Positions 26,800-38,739 of a stretch of DNA of 64,000 nt are shown here, in pieces. Below the pieces are notes generated by a model. The model was not told the origin of the DNA. It searched no databases and saw only the letters and a program-made list of their open reading frames with translations. Made by a program: the position numbers and the translations under genes. Every line of letters starts with the position of its first letter. Within the stretch, counting starts at the first letter, position 1. The DNA is from Octopus bimaculoides. Its lineage: Eukaryota. The DNA is taken from the NCBI RefSeq assembly GCF_001194135.2, contig NC_068985.1, forward strand, positions 66,768,500-66,832,499, given 5' to 3'.

Positions 26800-27240
26800 C
26801 AAATGAAAAGGATGGGAGTAATGATAACGATGACAACGATGAGGACGACAGCGACAACGATGATGATAATAATGATGAACATGATGATGATGATAATAAT
26901 GATGATGGTGGTGATGGAGGAGGTGGTGGTGATTGTGAGGGTGGTTTTGGTTGTGGAAGTGATGGTGGTGGTGGTGGTTGTGGTTGTGGAGGTGATAGGT
27001 GGTAGTGACGATGATGATGATGATGATGATGGTGATGATGATTGATGATGATGGCAGTATATTGATATACGATTGTTATCAAAATGACGATGGAGACAAT
27101 TATTTGATGATGATACTGTGAATGGCGGTCTCGATAAGGTCATTCATAGATGGATGGCAGTGATGACAGTGATGCTGATGTTCACAATGATGAAGCTGAG
27201 CATGAGGATGAGGAGGATTATCATCATAGTGATGATTAAA
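26800..27240. repeat. Degenerate (ATG)n/(GTG)n trinucleotide low-complexity tract
   Basis: Direct reading; explains the poly-M/V/D/H ORFs. Confidence 0.9.
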
Positions 27241-29140
27241 GGACAGGGAAGGAGAAATAAGTGTCTGTAGTTAACTAGTTGCTATCCGTGTAGCAATCGA
27301 ATTAGCTGCTAATAAGATAGCCGGAGAAAGAAAATAGGATATTACCCGTCAAGGTCTAGAAGTAATTCCATAGATATTCACCAGTAACAATAGAATCTGT
27401 GATAGATAATTACAAAGTGAATAATCTAAACTACCAGTAAAAATAATTTATGAATAGGAAACCAATCAAATTACACCGAATCAGAGATTTTCTTCTTATC
27501 ATACCGAAACCAACTTAATCCTTACGATTTTACATTTAGCGCACGGACAACAAAAGATTTTCTGATTTTGGTACAGGCGTATAAACGATAGGTGTTTCGG
27601 AGATATATTGTGTTAGGGAAATGAGTTTATGTCGAAGTTAAAATGAAGATTGACAGAAAATCGCTATGGTAGCATAATACTTCAACTAGCTTAAATAACT
27701 GGCTTATCAACATCGCCTTCAGACATTGACTTCATAGAAATAGACAGCAAGTGAGTCTGTGAATAAAGGTGATTGATTTTAACTTCCAAGCGTTTCCTAA
27801 ATTACGAAGGTTCTAAGAATTCAAAGCAATGTATATGCATCAAGATATAGCAATATTTGAAAACATATATTCTCTTCTGCGGGCCAATATATTGATAGAA
27901 ATGCAACATCATAAATACATCCATGTATAATCATACCTAATAATATNNNNNNNNNNNNNNNNNNNNNNNNNNNNNNNNNNNNNNNNNNNNNNNNNNNNNN
28001 NNTATATATATATATATATATATATGCAGTCGGTTGGTGTCAGATCAGATTATGGCATATATTTAAGCATGAAGGAAGAATTGTTACAAAAGCATAGATC
28101 ACAAGAGGTCGATAGATCGGTTCAAGAAGTCCGTAATCGTTATGGCATATGCTAGTGTTCTCTCTGAAGAGTTATAAGGTATGTCCGAAATATTGGTATT
28201 GGGAAGAGCTGGTCATCATAGGTGGAATCCAAAGCTGCATGAGAAGAAAGGATGAATAAAAGTGTGCTGAGTTTTCCTTACTGCTGTTTCTAAGCATGTT
28301 TGAAAGGGCTCAGTGAACATATATTACGTAACTTTAAGTTGCAACATAAATGTGCAGAATTAACCCGTTTAAAACATACCGTCTCTATTTCCTTAAGTTT
28401 GTTTCTAGAAGAGGAATGTGATTGGTCAATATGCCATTCATACGTCCACTCCTATTTCAGCTGTTGCAACTGTATGAATTGCAGCAATATTCAGGTAAAC
28501 TGTTTGCGAAAATGAACTTGTAAACAACAAGTAGCATCGTACCTCAGCAGAAGCAGCTGAACCTCTATGTAACACGTTAAAGTTACATAATATTAGTTCG
28601 GTGAAACTCTGTAGTACGTTACTTCCTACACCACTCCTTTGACCGATTTATATTTTGTTGCACTTTTGTTGCTATATAATAGAGGTGAATGGTGACAGTC
28701 ATCTTATCAGAATTTCCAAGCAATTCAATATGGCTCGAAAGGTATTGGATACATTGATTAACACACTTTATATCAATAACTATCAACTACTTTGTGTTAT
28801 ATATTCAAGCCTTGTCTATGCTTTAGACTAACAATTTGCACTACGAGGATACTGAATCTCACTGATATATCCGTTTATTAATGTTTATTAAACTTTACAA
28901 TTGTTTCGATCCATCTAGCATTGATCACTCACGGGTAGGATACTTAACAGCTGGGTTAGGAGTATCCGTCGTTATAAACGTGTCTCTTCAAGTGATTTTA
29001 AGATGTATCTCATTAAAATAACGACTGTTACGCAGGATATATTCGCGTAACAGTCTGGTCTACCAGATGTTAAGCCCTTGCTCTATCAGTCACATTCTTC
29101 TATTCTCATGCCTATCCCGATCTTGAGTAAATGTTTCGTA

Positions 29141-29574
29141 AAGGAACCGTTCGAACAGGTTCTTTTCGAGTGCATTTCGAGTTTTTTCCACAGGTATTTT
29201 TCGAGTGCATTCAACCAATCCAATCTACCGTAAGGGATGGCTTGTGGTGATGTATGAATTTCCCACCAACGGAGTTTTGTTTCGTGAGTTTTTTTTTCTT
29301 TTCCAGTTTATTTCACATGCTTTCAACGAATGTGACATATAAATCACGTGTAAACGGCTCCTTTCCCCAGAAAAGGAAAGATTTGGCTGCTATTTCATGC
29401 ACGCCCTGCTATTACGTAACCGCTATTTCAGGTCCTTTATCGCAAATAGCTGCTACATAGAAGTGGGGCGTGCTAGAAATAGCAGACAAAACTTTGTAGG
29501 TGAGACACGTTGAATGCACTCGAAATAAACATATGGAATAAAATATTTCACACCGAGGTTACGAACGGGTCTTT
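29141..29574. mobile_element. MITE-like foldback element with nested inverted repeats
   Basis: Terminal IR AAGGAACCGTTCG / CGAACGGGTCTTT (11 of 13 match); subterminal IR TTTCGAGTGCATTCAAC (about 29199-29215 vs 29509-29525); inner IR 29383-29406 vs 29466-29489. Confidence 0.7.
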
Positions 29575-30169
29575 TGTGAAATAGCGTATATTTAAAGTCA
29601 TGTTTACTTTAGAATATTTTTAAAATATGCCAAAACAATTTTTGTAATGGTATTCAATTGAAAATAATTTTTAGAAAGATTAAAATATTCTCTGTTTAAA
29701 GAAGGCTAAAATATAAATACTTACTGTACAAACAACTTACATTTTTGAAATCATATTCAGGAAAAATATTTCCAAATGATTAAAATATTGTGTTTAACAA
29801 AAGCGAAAATAGAAACATTTACTGTATAAAACAACTTGTATTTTTTCGTTGGCAAGTTAAAGTCACTAATGTGTCTAGTCGAAAGGTTAGAGTTTCTTGC
29901 CTTTCAGGGTTAAGTTATTTTCGGAGTATTTTCCCATTATGCACCGTTTTGGGTATTTAATCCCCAAACTCCCAATATCTCAAGAACCACAGGTATGATT
30001 TACGCGTAACTTGTTTTATTCCGTTTTTTTTTCGGTTTGTATTCACATTTCAGCGGCTTTTGCTTGAAAAGTATTTTCTCATAATGTGCTGGTTTAGCTG
30101 TGTAACACAGCAAGCAAGGAAACAAGATTGAAGCTCATTAATAATAGTATATAGATTATCTTTTTAGTT

Positions 30170-32345
30170 TAACCGTTTAACTTCTCTCTCCTCACTGTCG
30201 ATGTAATCGACGATTGTCGCGTTTGTTGAGTTTTAATGGTAATGAATTCAGTCGGTTTTTTTTCCGCATGTGTCCCAGGGAGGAGATGGAGACATTTTAA
30301 AATTGTTCACTGAAAACTTCACTTACCTTTCTCGGGTCCGCGGTCACTGAGACAATACCTTGGAACAACGGTCCTATTTTGTAGTCTATTGTTGCCGTTT
30401 CCTTTGCAAATTTATAGAAAGCTTTAGGGTTAGTTTTTAGCCTCTCCACAGCTCTATTTTCTATCTGCCTCTCTGTTCTTTTCTTTTGATGGGAGAGTTT
30501 GAGTTTGTTTTCAGTTCCCATAAATGTGCGTCTTAAATGTATCTCCAACCTATCCTTCAGTTGCCTACTCAGCCGGATTGGGACCTTTGATCTGTGTCTC
30601 ATAAGAAGTTTCTTGTCCCAGGGAATTGTGTTCGTAATTATTGTAGTGATGTTCGCCTTTCATTCTGGGGTATATATTTAGTGAATATAGTTTGCACTGT
30701 CTGCATAAATTAATTGAGTTTTAAATCAGTGTCTTGCATAGACAGAATATCGGAGCAGTTTCTTTTCTGAGACTTTTTGCGGATTGCATTCGATTCTGCT
30801 TTATAGAAATTCAACTTGGATAAGGCTTGAGTCTTTGTGATAGGATAGATACCAGCAGGTCGCCTAAGCCCAAACATTGATATTTTTTCAATGTTGTGGT
30901 CTAAAATTGCTGTTAGCATCACTTTCACATTATGGATAAAGTTGAAATTATTTGTGAAGCAGCGATTTGGGATATTATTATCCCTGGTTGGCAGGTTTTC
31001 CTTTGTCCTACGAAAAGTATATTAAAAAGTTCAGTAGTGATTTTATTTACTTTTGTTAATGCAGTGACGTCCTAGAGAGGATGTGGCCTTCAGGCCATTT
31101 AAAAATTGGGGAGGTTGAAGTTACTCAGAAGGAGTATATTGATTTGTTGGCCTTCGCTTTTCAATCCCTCTTCCATGTGTCTGCAGCTGTCATCAAATTT
31201 ACCGCTATGTTTCGGGGCATTTGGTGGAAAATATGATGTGCATATAGCTACATCAATTTGCTTTATATGTTTTGTTGAAGTGTAACAAACTGAGATTTAG
31301 TGTGACGACAGTGCAAGGAGTGTGGCATCTTCGAGGATGTACATAGTAACGCATCCAAGGCTTCTTTCCCTTCTGTCAGTACGGAATGCAACATACACTG
31401 ATTTGCGTATTTCCTCACCAGTTTATTGGCGGTTTCTAAAAGCGCCATGCATATTGCTTGATGGCATGCGGTAAGCTCTTTCAGATATAGAATTTTACCT
31501 TTGTTATTTAGTACGAATATGGGTACGGTATATGGGTAAATATGTTAGTGGTGGTCAAACTGGGTCATTATTTGTAGGGGTCCTATGTATTGAAATGCGT
31601 ACCTTTGATCTTACATCTTTTGAAGCCATGTCAGTTGCTATACTATCTTCTGGGTTGTTCAAAAAAGCTTGCTGCTAGATAGCTATAGTTGGGGCAGCCT
31701 CTGCATATTGCCTTGCGAGCGGTGCAGAGGGCGTGTGTAGATTTCGTTCCATATTCATATGAAGCTTTATTTCCCTTGTTGGTGTACTATGAGCCGGTAG
31801 GTGATTGTTTGGCGGTTCCCTCTTCTTTGTTTTCGCCGGATTCCTTGTGGGTGATTGCCCTGCTTGTTATTCCGATAAGGCTTGGGATGGGCATAGTTGC
31901 TTGTTGTTCCTTTTCATCCATGCCAGAAGGCGACATTCAAATAAAATCTACAGACAATCTTGGTTCTACCAATTTTTGTACTTCTGCTTGTTCGTTTCAC
32001 TTTTGGGTATTTCGAACCTTTGTGTATATTTTTGTATTGAGTTATAGACTTAAGGACAATATTATTTTTTCTGGCTGCATCGCCTATTCCTCTTCTCTGT
32101 TTTTCATTACAGTTCTCTTTTGATTGTTATCATCACAACAATTGCTGATTTCAGTGCTTTTGTCAGGATGGGTGGTGTGTGAGGTTGTCTTGATGTCGCC
32201 AGTTTGAGCTCTACAGGTTGAAAAATATTCGGGATCTTCATTGATCATTTCATCTCTCACTTTTATAATCCTGGCTAGGAGATCGAAATGTGGCTTTACA
32301 AAAAAATATAGCATATGGACTCTTGTGTCCATAGACCTATATAAA
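30170..32345 (-). mobile_element. CR1/L2-group LINE remnant: ORF1-like region, APE endonuclease and linker; RT absent
   Basis: Minus strand CRFYLN...HG.KG...YAHPKP (CCCH-like), RTDRRERSLGCVTMYI, YFPP, ILLLSNFNLP, FTNNFNFIHNV...LDHNIE (APE motifs), KTNPKAFYKFAK...KIGPL...TADPRKVSEVFSEQF. Confidence 0.8.
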
Positions 32346-32353
32346 TATACATA

Positions 32354-32494
32354 CGACGGGCTTCTTTCAGTTTCCATCTACCAAATCCACTCACAAGGCA
32401 GAAGACACTTGCCCAAGCTGCTACGCAGTGGGATTGAACCCGGAAGCACGTTGTTGGGAAGCAAGCTTCTTACCACATGGCCAGTCCTGCGCCT
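32354..32494 (-). mobile_element. tRNA-derived (CORE-like) SINE head with internal deletion
   Basis: Matches heads at 37174-37310 and 62601-62765 but lacks the ctactatagcctcgggccgaccaaa segment. Confidence 0.85.
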
Positions 32495-32518
32495 CATTTA
32501 CATACACACGAATATTTC

Positions 32519-32571
<53 letters not shown>

Positions 32572-32613
32572 CTATATATGTGTGTGTGTATATATATATA
32601 TGTGTATATACAA

Positions 32614-32644
<31 letters not shown>

Positions 32645-32881
32645 GGTATATTATTAATAATACGATAAATAATATTAGTGGCCATTCAAAGCGTGGACCG
32701 CGCAGGTAAGTTTAAAAAAATTGATGGTACTGGAAGTGTATCAGCTTTGCTAGAGAAGATACAAGTAAATTAACTTGGGAAACCACAAATAGCTCACTTT
32801 TCGAACAACCATAGTGAAAATCTGGCAAGAAATATAAATTAGGCTCCACAATTTTTGAAGGTCGCATAGGAAATAGCAGAC

Positions 32882-32936
32882 AGCTTAATACTGGTTTTGA
32901 GTTCTGAAATAAATATAACCCATCTTTAGTTAGACT
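32882..32936 (-). ncRNA. Degenerate type I hammerhead (B family, inverted copy)
   Basis: Minus strand AGTCTAA-CTAAAGA-T-GGGTT...AACTC-AAAAC-CA-GTA-TTAAGCT. Stem II intact, G5 and G12 mutated, probably inactive. Confidence 0.55.
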
Positions 32937-33257
32937 TACCGCGATTGAAGTCAAATTTAAACATATTCCCTTCACCATGCTTCCTTGTTAGTTTGATGGC
33001 CCTAGGCACATACGTAGATGAACCAAGTGAATAATTTATAAATAAATATAGAGGTATATTATTAATAATATAATTTATAATATTAGTGGCTATTCAAGTC
33101 GTGAACCACGCAGGCAACTTTTAAAAAATATGATAGTACTGGAAGAGTACTAGATTTGCAAGAGATAGAGGTCAAATGACTTCCGAAACCACAAATAATT
33201 CACGAACAAGCAAGCATGGTGAAGGGAATGTGTTTGAATTTGACTACTCTCGCTGTA

Positions 33258-33316
33258 AGCTTAACTGAAGATGGGTTAAGAATATTTAATTCAGAAATCG
33301 AAACTGGCATTAAGCT
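33258..33316 (+). ncRNA. Degenerate type I hammerhead (B family)
   Basis: AGCTTAA-CTGAAGA-T-GGGTT...AAATC-GAAAC-TG-GCA-TTAAGCT. Perfect 7-bp stem I and intact core boxes, but GCA instead of GTA at the cleavage triplet. Confidence 0.62.
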
Positions 33317-33453
33317 ATCTTCTTTTCCCTCTGCGACTTTCACCAAGGGAGGGGCCTAATTTTTATTCCTTGCCCGATTTTCCCCATGCTTGTTCGAAAA
33401 GGGAATGTATGACAAATATTATCTTTGAGAAACAGAGATAATTAAGTGTAAAC

Positions 33454-33854
33454 ATGGTGCTACATGTAGGATGTGTCAGTTTCCATAATGGTTGTATTGA
33501 AACCACTTTAATAACAGGTGAACAAGAAGGAATGCGCTTCCTCATACCTCACATAAAACTGGCTCTAAATAACTCCAACCTTCATTTCATTTCGGAAAGA
33601 TTTACGTTCCCTCTAAGGCTGTGCTACTCTCTTTCAATGAACAAGACACAGAGATGCATATTTAACAAAATTGGAATATATTTGCCACATCTTGTGTTCA
33701 GTAATGGGCAATTATATGAGGAATTTACTAGGACCTGGAAATAATCTGACGGAAGTTATCTGATGGGGCTGGAAGAGTAGATGAAACCAAGAGACCAGGT
33801 AAAAAACAAGGTAAAACCATTACAAGAAATACTGTGTATAAAGAAGTACTGTGA
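33454..33854 (+). mobile_element. Helitron RepHel C-terminus (PIF1-type helicase) remnant
   Basis: IETTLITG...FLIPHIKL...RFTFPLRLCYSLSMNKTQ...KIGIYLPHLVFSNGQLY aligns with the Helitron helicase consensus FPVRLAFAMTINKSQG...VGIYL..PVFSHGQLYVA. Ends GKTITRNTVYKEVL*, a typical RepHel terminus. Confidence 0.85.
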
Positions 33855-34554
33855 GAGTAAATCTTGAATTTTATTCATCTCATGTATATGTATATCATTT
33901 AAATTACATTCAGTTCACACAATTTGTAAAGCCTTTTCTGTGATTACATACAACATCTATTTCATATACATTTAAATTTGTTCGTTTTGTATTTCTGTTT
34001 CTATATCTATCTCATAACGGGTTCGTATAGTACCGTTTGTGATTTAGAATGTATCTATTTCAATGAGTAAGATGATGTTTTTGTTGTTTTACGTACATAT
34101 CATAAAAAAATGAAACATTGCTTATATTTATTTACAAAGTAAATATGTAATAAAATTGTAAATATTAAACATTTAATCAATATATAAATACATAAGTTTT
34201 ATCTTTTTAATTCATCTTTTATTTCCGTGAACTATGAAGCTCATAATATCTGTCAAACGTATTATAAGAAGGTAAACAAGCAATACATTCGAAATTCATT
34301 TCAGTTATATTTAAAAGCACTGTTTTGATTAAATGGCCTGATATCAAAAGAATTTTTTGAAATTCCTTGCTTGTGCTTAATATACTCACTTAATGTTTTC
34401 AAATGTGCTTCGACCATGGAATTTCCAAAGGTCCCGCTAGTAGCTATTACTTCAGTTCGCTTTGAATTTAAGCAGGTTTGTTTTAATAACGTTGTGTTAA
34501 CATATATTTTCAGAGATGTCAATTTGACTGATATTTTATACCTTCTTTATCTCC

Positions 34555-34564
34555 CTCCTCTCTC

Positions 34565-34597
<33 letters not shown>

Positions 34598-34779
34598 GTG
34601 TCTCTCTCTCTGTCTGTCTCTCTGTCTCTCTGTCTCTGTCTGTCTCTGTCTGTCTGTCTGTCTCTCTCTGTCTCTCTATCTCTGTCTGTCTCTCTCTGTC
34701 TGTCTGCCTGTCTCTCTCTGTGTCTGTCTCTGTCTGTCTGTCTGTCTGTCTGTCTCTGTCTGTCTCACTCTCTCCCTGT

Positions 34780-34845
<66 letters not shown>
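34555..34845. repeat. Compound (CTGT/CT)n, (CA)n, (TA)n microsatellite
   Basis: Direct reading. Confidence 0.95.
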
Positions 34846-34847
<2 letters not shown>

Positions 34848-34849
34848 CA

Positions 34850-35095
34850 GAAGATGGCAAATCCTTGCATATGATGTATGTTGACTTTATTTTAGCATTT
34901 ACTGCTCCATACAGACCCGGTCAATAGCACCTATTGAAAACGTATCGTTTATATTGAGAGTGCGCATCCACAATAGGCCATTGAGTATTGGTGTATTGGC
35001 AAGTTCACCATTTCGGAAAACTTGTGCGCATTTACTGTAGCATATTGTACTAAACAGCGACGTTTATTGCAACCTAAGCAGCTCTCTATCTTTTG
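34850..35095 (+). mobile_element. Highly decayed RTE-type RT fragment
   Basis: [17 protein letters not shown] (motif-A-like) and AFTVAYCTKQRRLLQPKQLSIF (resembles F.V.NG.KQGCVLAP.LFSIF). Confidence 0.4.
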
Positions 35096-36820
35096 ATGCA
35101 GCTGTCACGGAAAATCCCATTTTTTATATTGATTCCCTCGTTAGTCAGCAGAAGAACAGATCATGCATATGTTCTTAGCAGCGTTTTGAAATTTTGTTTC
35201 AAAATATTAAGCCTCAAAAAGAAAGAAGTATTATTCTGACCAATAAACTCTGTGAACATTCGAAAGATATATCAAAGTTGAAAACATTAATTTCACAGTT
35301 ACTTAAACTTTACATATCTAAACATATCTTAGTAGTACAATATTAAAAAGCGAATGTCTTGGCACTCATTTTGAAAACATAATATCAAAAAAGAAATCAC
35401 AGCATTCGTTTCCTGCCTCCTTGATATGAAAAGATCTTCTTGCTTCCTTATAATCTTAGTCAATACTTCAAGAACAGTTGTCATTTTTATTCCTGTTATA
35501 GGCGTTGTACTCGGGATTGTTGAATAATATTCAGCCTTTCTCGAGAAAATAATTACACAAGCATACTTGCCAATTTGGGAAACCTTTGTATCTAAGAACA
35601 GCAGCTACTTTATAAAATTGTCGAAGACATCCTCTACTTAAAGTACTAGATGGTGGGTACATCTTTCAGTAAAAAACAAGAGGACGCGTGACATAATGTT
35701 AATGTTATGAAACTCCATTCAACAACAGCGGGATGATTGATGTCTAGAAGCATCAAGAAATGAAATGAGTGAAATGATTATTATTGATCAAAAGTAGCAG
35801 TGCATATACCATTATATTTCTATAAAGGCATGCCTACACTATCACGTTTCGGTAATATACATTCAAATAAAATAACAAATTTGATTATACCACCAAATGT
35901 TCCTAGTAGTTTACAGTCATAAGTTGACAAAGGAATATAAAAGTGTATTGAGTAGCCATCGCTTAATCATATTTAAATGACTTAGAATAGAAATTATTTA
36001 AACCATTAATTCCTGATATAAAAACGAAGAATATATAAGACAATAACATTTCTATGTATTAATGAAATATGCTGAGATGATGTACTTAATACGCACGGAA
36101 ATTTTTCTTAGTTAATTAAAATCTCACTCTTAGACATAAAATTTCCAAACAGCAAAGTCTCAGTCTTTATATAGATTTTGAAGAAATGAAAGCTTGGATT
36201 GCATTTGAAGGCAAGGCACATGTAATGGACGTATTTCAGTCTATACGAGATTCAACATTTAGCTATGATTAGCTACGACTAACTTTTCATAACAATTTAC
36301 ATAATAATGACATATACGGTAGAGAAAATAACTTACTTCAGTCAAATGCACGAACCCGACTAAATGAAAAAGTGATGTTCAGATAATCATTCACAAAAAT
36401 ATTCGTAGGCCGTTGAAATTTCAGTTTGTAGAATTGAAAAAAATACTTAAAAGTTAGAGTTTACAAAACATGGGTAAGGTAATTTTAATGAAGAAACAAT
36501 ACCTTATACTTAATTGATATGCATAGGAAAAGAGACCCCGATGTTTTCAGAGAATTTAAAAATACTGACTTACATGTTAGTATTTGTAAGATCCTATCTG
36601 TGTAGTACAAATAACTGAAAATTTGATAAGGTGAAAAAGAATGTTACATATTGAAAACTGCTATGAATAATATTGTGTCTATCAAACTTGTATAATAATA
36701 AAAATAAGCTAATTGGGATTACTTGAATCATTATTTTATTTTGTTATTAAATTATGTGTATTAGTTCAATAGCATTTACTAAATAACTGTGAATGGGACA
36801 TCTGCGTATATACAATACAC

Positions 36821-37019
36821 ATAATACTTTCTACCGTTTGCACGAGGCCAGCCATTTTACGGGAAGTGGAAATCGAATACATCGAACCCGGCAACCAAAT
36901 TTTACTTATTTTATCGCTGCCAACAGGATAGAAGAGAAAGTACACCTTAATGGAATTTGAACTCAGAAATACTAGAATTTTGTCCAGTGCGGTAACGATT
37001 CTTGGAGCTCACTGCCTTA
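36821..37019 (-). mobile_element. Decayed copy of a second tRNA-derived SINE family
   Basis: Minus strand aaggcagtgagctcc.agaatcgttaccgcactgg...ttctgagttcaaattcc (A/B-box-like head), followed by a family body ending in an ATT-rich tail. Confidence 0.6.
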
Positions 37020-37173
37020 AGTACAAATCTCACTTTTAAGCACACTAACTTTGTTTATAAGAAAGATGTCTTTAAATTTATTCCACTTAAAATATATCTT
37101 TATAATTGTGTAAATGATACTCACTAAATGCCATTTATAAGGAGAAACAGCCATGAAACATAAAATCTCTATA

Positions 37174-37311
37174 GAGCTTGCTTACCAACCACATGGTTCC
37201 GGGTTCATTCCCCCAGCGTGGCACCTTGGGCAAGTGTCTTCTACTATAGCCTCGGGCCGACCAAAGCCTTGTGAGTGGATTTGGTAGACGGAAACTGAAA
37301 GAAGCCCGTCG

Positions 37312-37361
<50 letters not shown>

Positions 37362-37477
37362 CCGGAGTAAGCACATAATATGTGCAACAATGTGGAAATG
37401 TATGTGTTTGTCCCCCAACATCGCTTGACAACCGATGGTGGTGTATTTACGTCCCCGTAACTTAGCGGTTCGGCAAA
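37174..37477 (+). mobile_element. tRNA-derived (CORE-like) SINE with internal (TA)n and a 39-bp foreign insert
   Basis: B-box-like ggttccgggttcattccc; CORE-like caccttgggcaagtgtctt; (TA)n; insert 37360-37398 matching 62799-62838; body resumes gtgtttgtcccccaacatcgc. Confidence 0.88.
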
Positions 37478-37813
37478 TGAATAAAATACCATATTCACTG
37501 TACATTATTACGTGGAAACGGTTGTAACATATGCAGAGAGCAAAATACTTTGGAAAATATAGTAAAGGATATCGGTGGCAGTTCAAATAATAATTTCGAG
37601 CAGCTCTTCCAGTTATCCCTACATATGAGCATGTTTATATATCTATACAATTATATACAGATGATAAGAATCACTTTTCAAGGATTTTTGTAAATACAAT
37701 TTCCAAATTGCGCTCGCTCCTGTACATAGAAGAGAATAAAAAACGGAATAAGAATCAAGAGAAAAAGGAATAGAAAGATTAAAAGAGAGAGAGAAGAAGA
37801 GAGTGAGAGAGAA

Positions 37814-37869
<56 letters not shown>

Positions 37870-38701
37870 NNNNNNNNNNNNNNNNNNNNNNNNNNNNNNN
37901 NNNNNNNNNNNNNNNNNNNNNNNNNNNNNNNNNNNNNNNNNNNNNNNNNNNNNNNNNNNNNNNNNNNNNNNNNNNNNNNNNNNNNNNNNNNNNNNNNNNN
38001 NNNNNNNNNNNNNNNNNNNNNNNNNNNNNNNNNNNNNNNNNNNNNNNNNNNNNNNNNNNNNNNNNNNNNNNNNNNNNNNNNNNNNNNNNNNNNNNNNNNN
38101 NNNNNNNNNNNNNNNNNNNNNNNNNNNNNNNNNNNNNNNNNNNNNNNNNNNNNNNNNNNNNNNNNNNNNNNNNNNNNNNNNNNNNNNNNNNNNNNNNNNN
38201 NNNNNNNNNNNNNNNNNNNNNNNNNNNNNNNNNNNNNNNNNNNNNNNNNNNNNNNNNNNNNNNNNNNNNNNNNNNNNNNNNNNNNNNNNNNNNNNNNNNN
38301 NNNNNNNNNNNNNNNNNNNNNNNNNNNNNNNNNNNNNNNNNNNNNNNNNNNNNNNNNNNNNNNNNNNNNNNNNNNNNNNNNNNNNNNNNNNNNNNNNNNN
38401 NNNNNNNNNNNNNNNNNNNNNNNNNNNNNNNNNNNNNNNNNNNNNNNNNNNNNNNNNNNNNNNNNNNNNNNNNNNNNNNNNNNNNNNNNNNNNNNNNNNN
38501 NNNNNNNNNNNNNNNNNNNNNNNNNNNNNNNNNNNNNNNNNNNNNNNNNNNNNNNNNNNNNNNNNNNNNNNNNNNNNNNNNNNNNNNNNNNNNNNNNNNN
38601 NNNNNNNNNNNNNNNNNNNNNNNNNNNNNNNNNNNNNNNNNNNNNNNNNNNNNNNNNNNNNNNNNNNNNNNNNNNNNNNNNNNNNNNNNNNNNNNNNNNN
38701 N

Positions 38702-38739
<38 letters not shown>

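Larger units (their letters stand above)
32644..33341. repeat. A - B(inverted) - A - B direct plus inverted duplication
   Basis: A copies at 32644-32791 and 33052-33197 (direct). B at 33206-33341 is the reverse complement of about 32857-32988. Copies are clearly diverged. Confidence 0.88.

Noticed and set aside
26746-27143. Poly-Met/Val/Asp and poly-His/Pro/Ser ORFs
   Set aside because: Trinucleotide low-complexity tract open on both strands.
28150-28215. CTGAAGA...CCGAAA...GTA as a hammerhead (similar partial hits near 18300 and 19075)
   Set aside because: Stems I and II do not pair; chance motif matches.
34010-34040. Helitron 3' terminus downstream of the RepHel remnant
   Set aside because: No clear hairpin, and TATAGT rather than CTAGT; too degraded to call.
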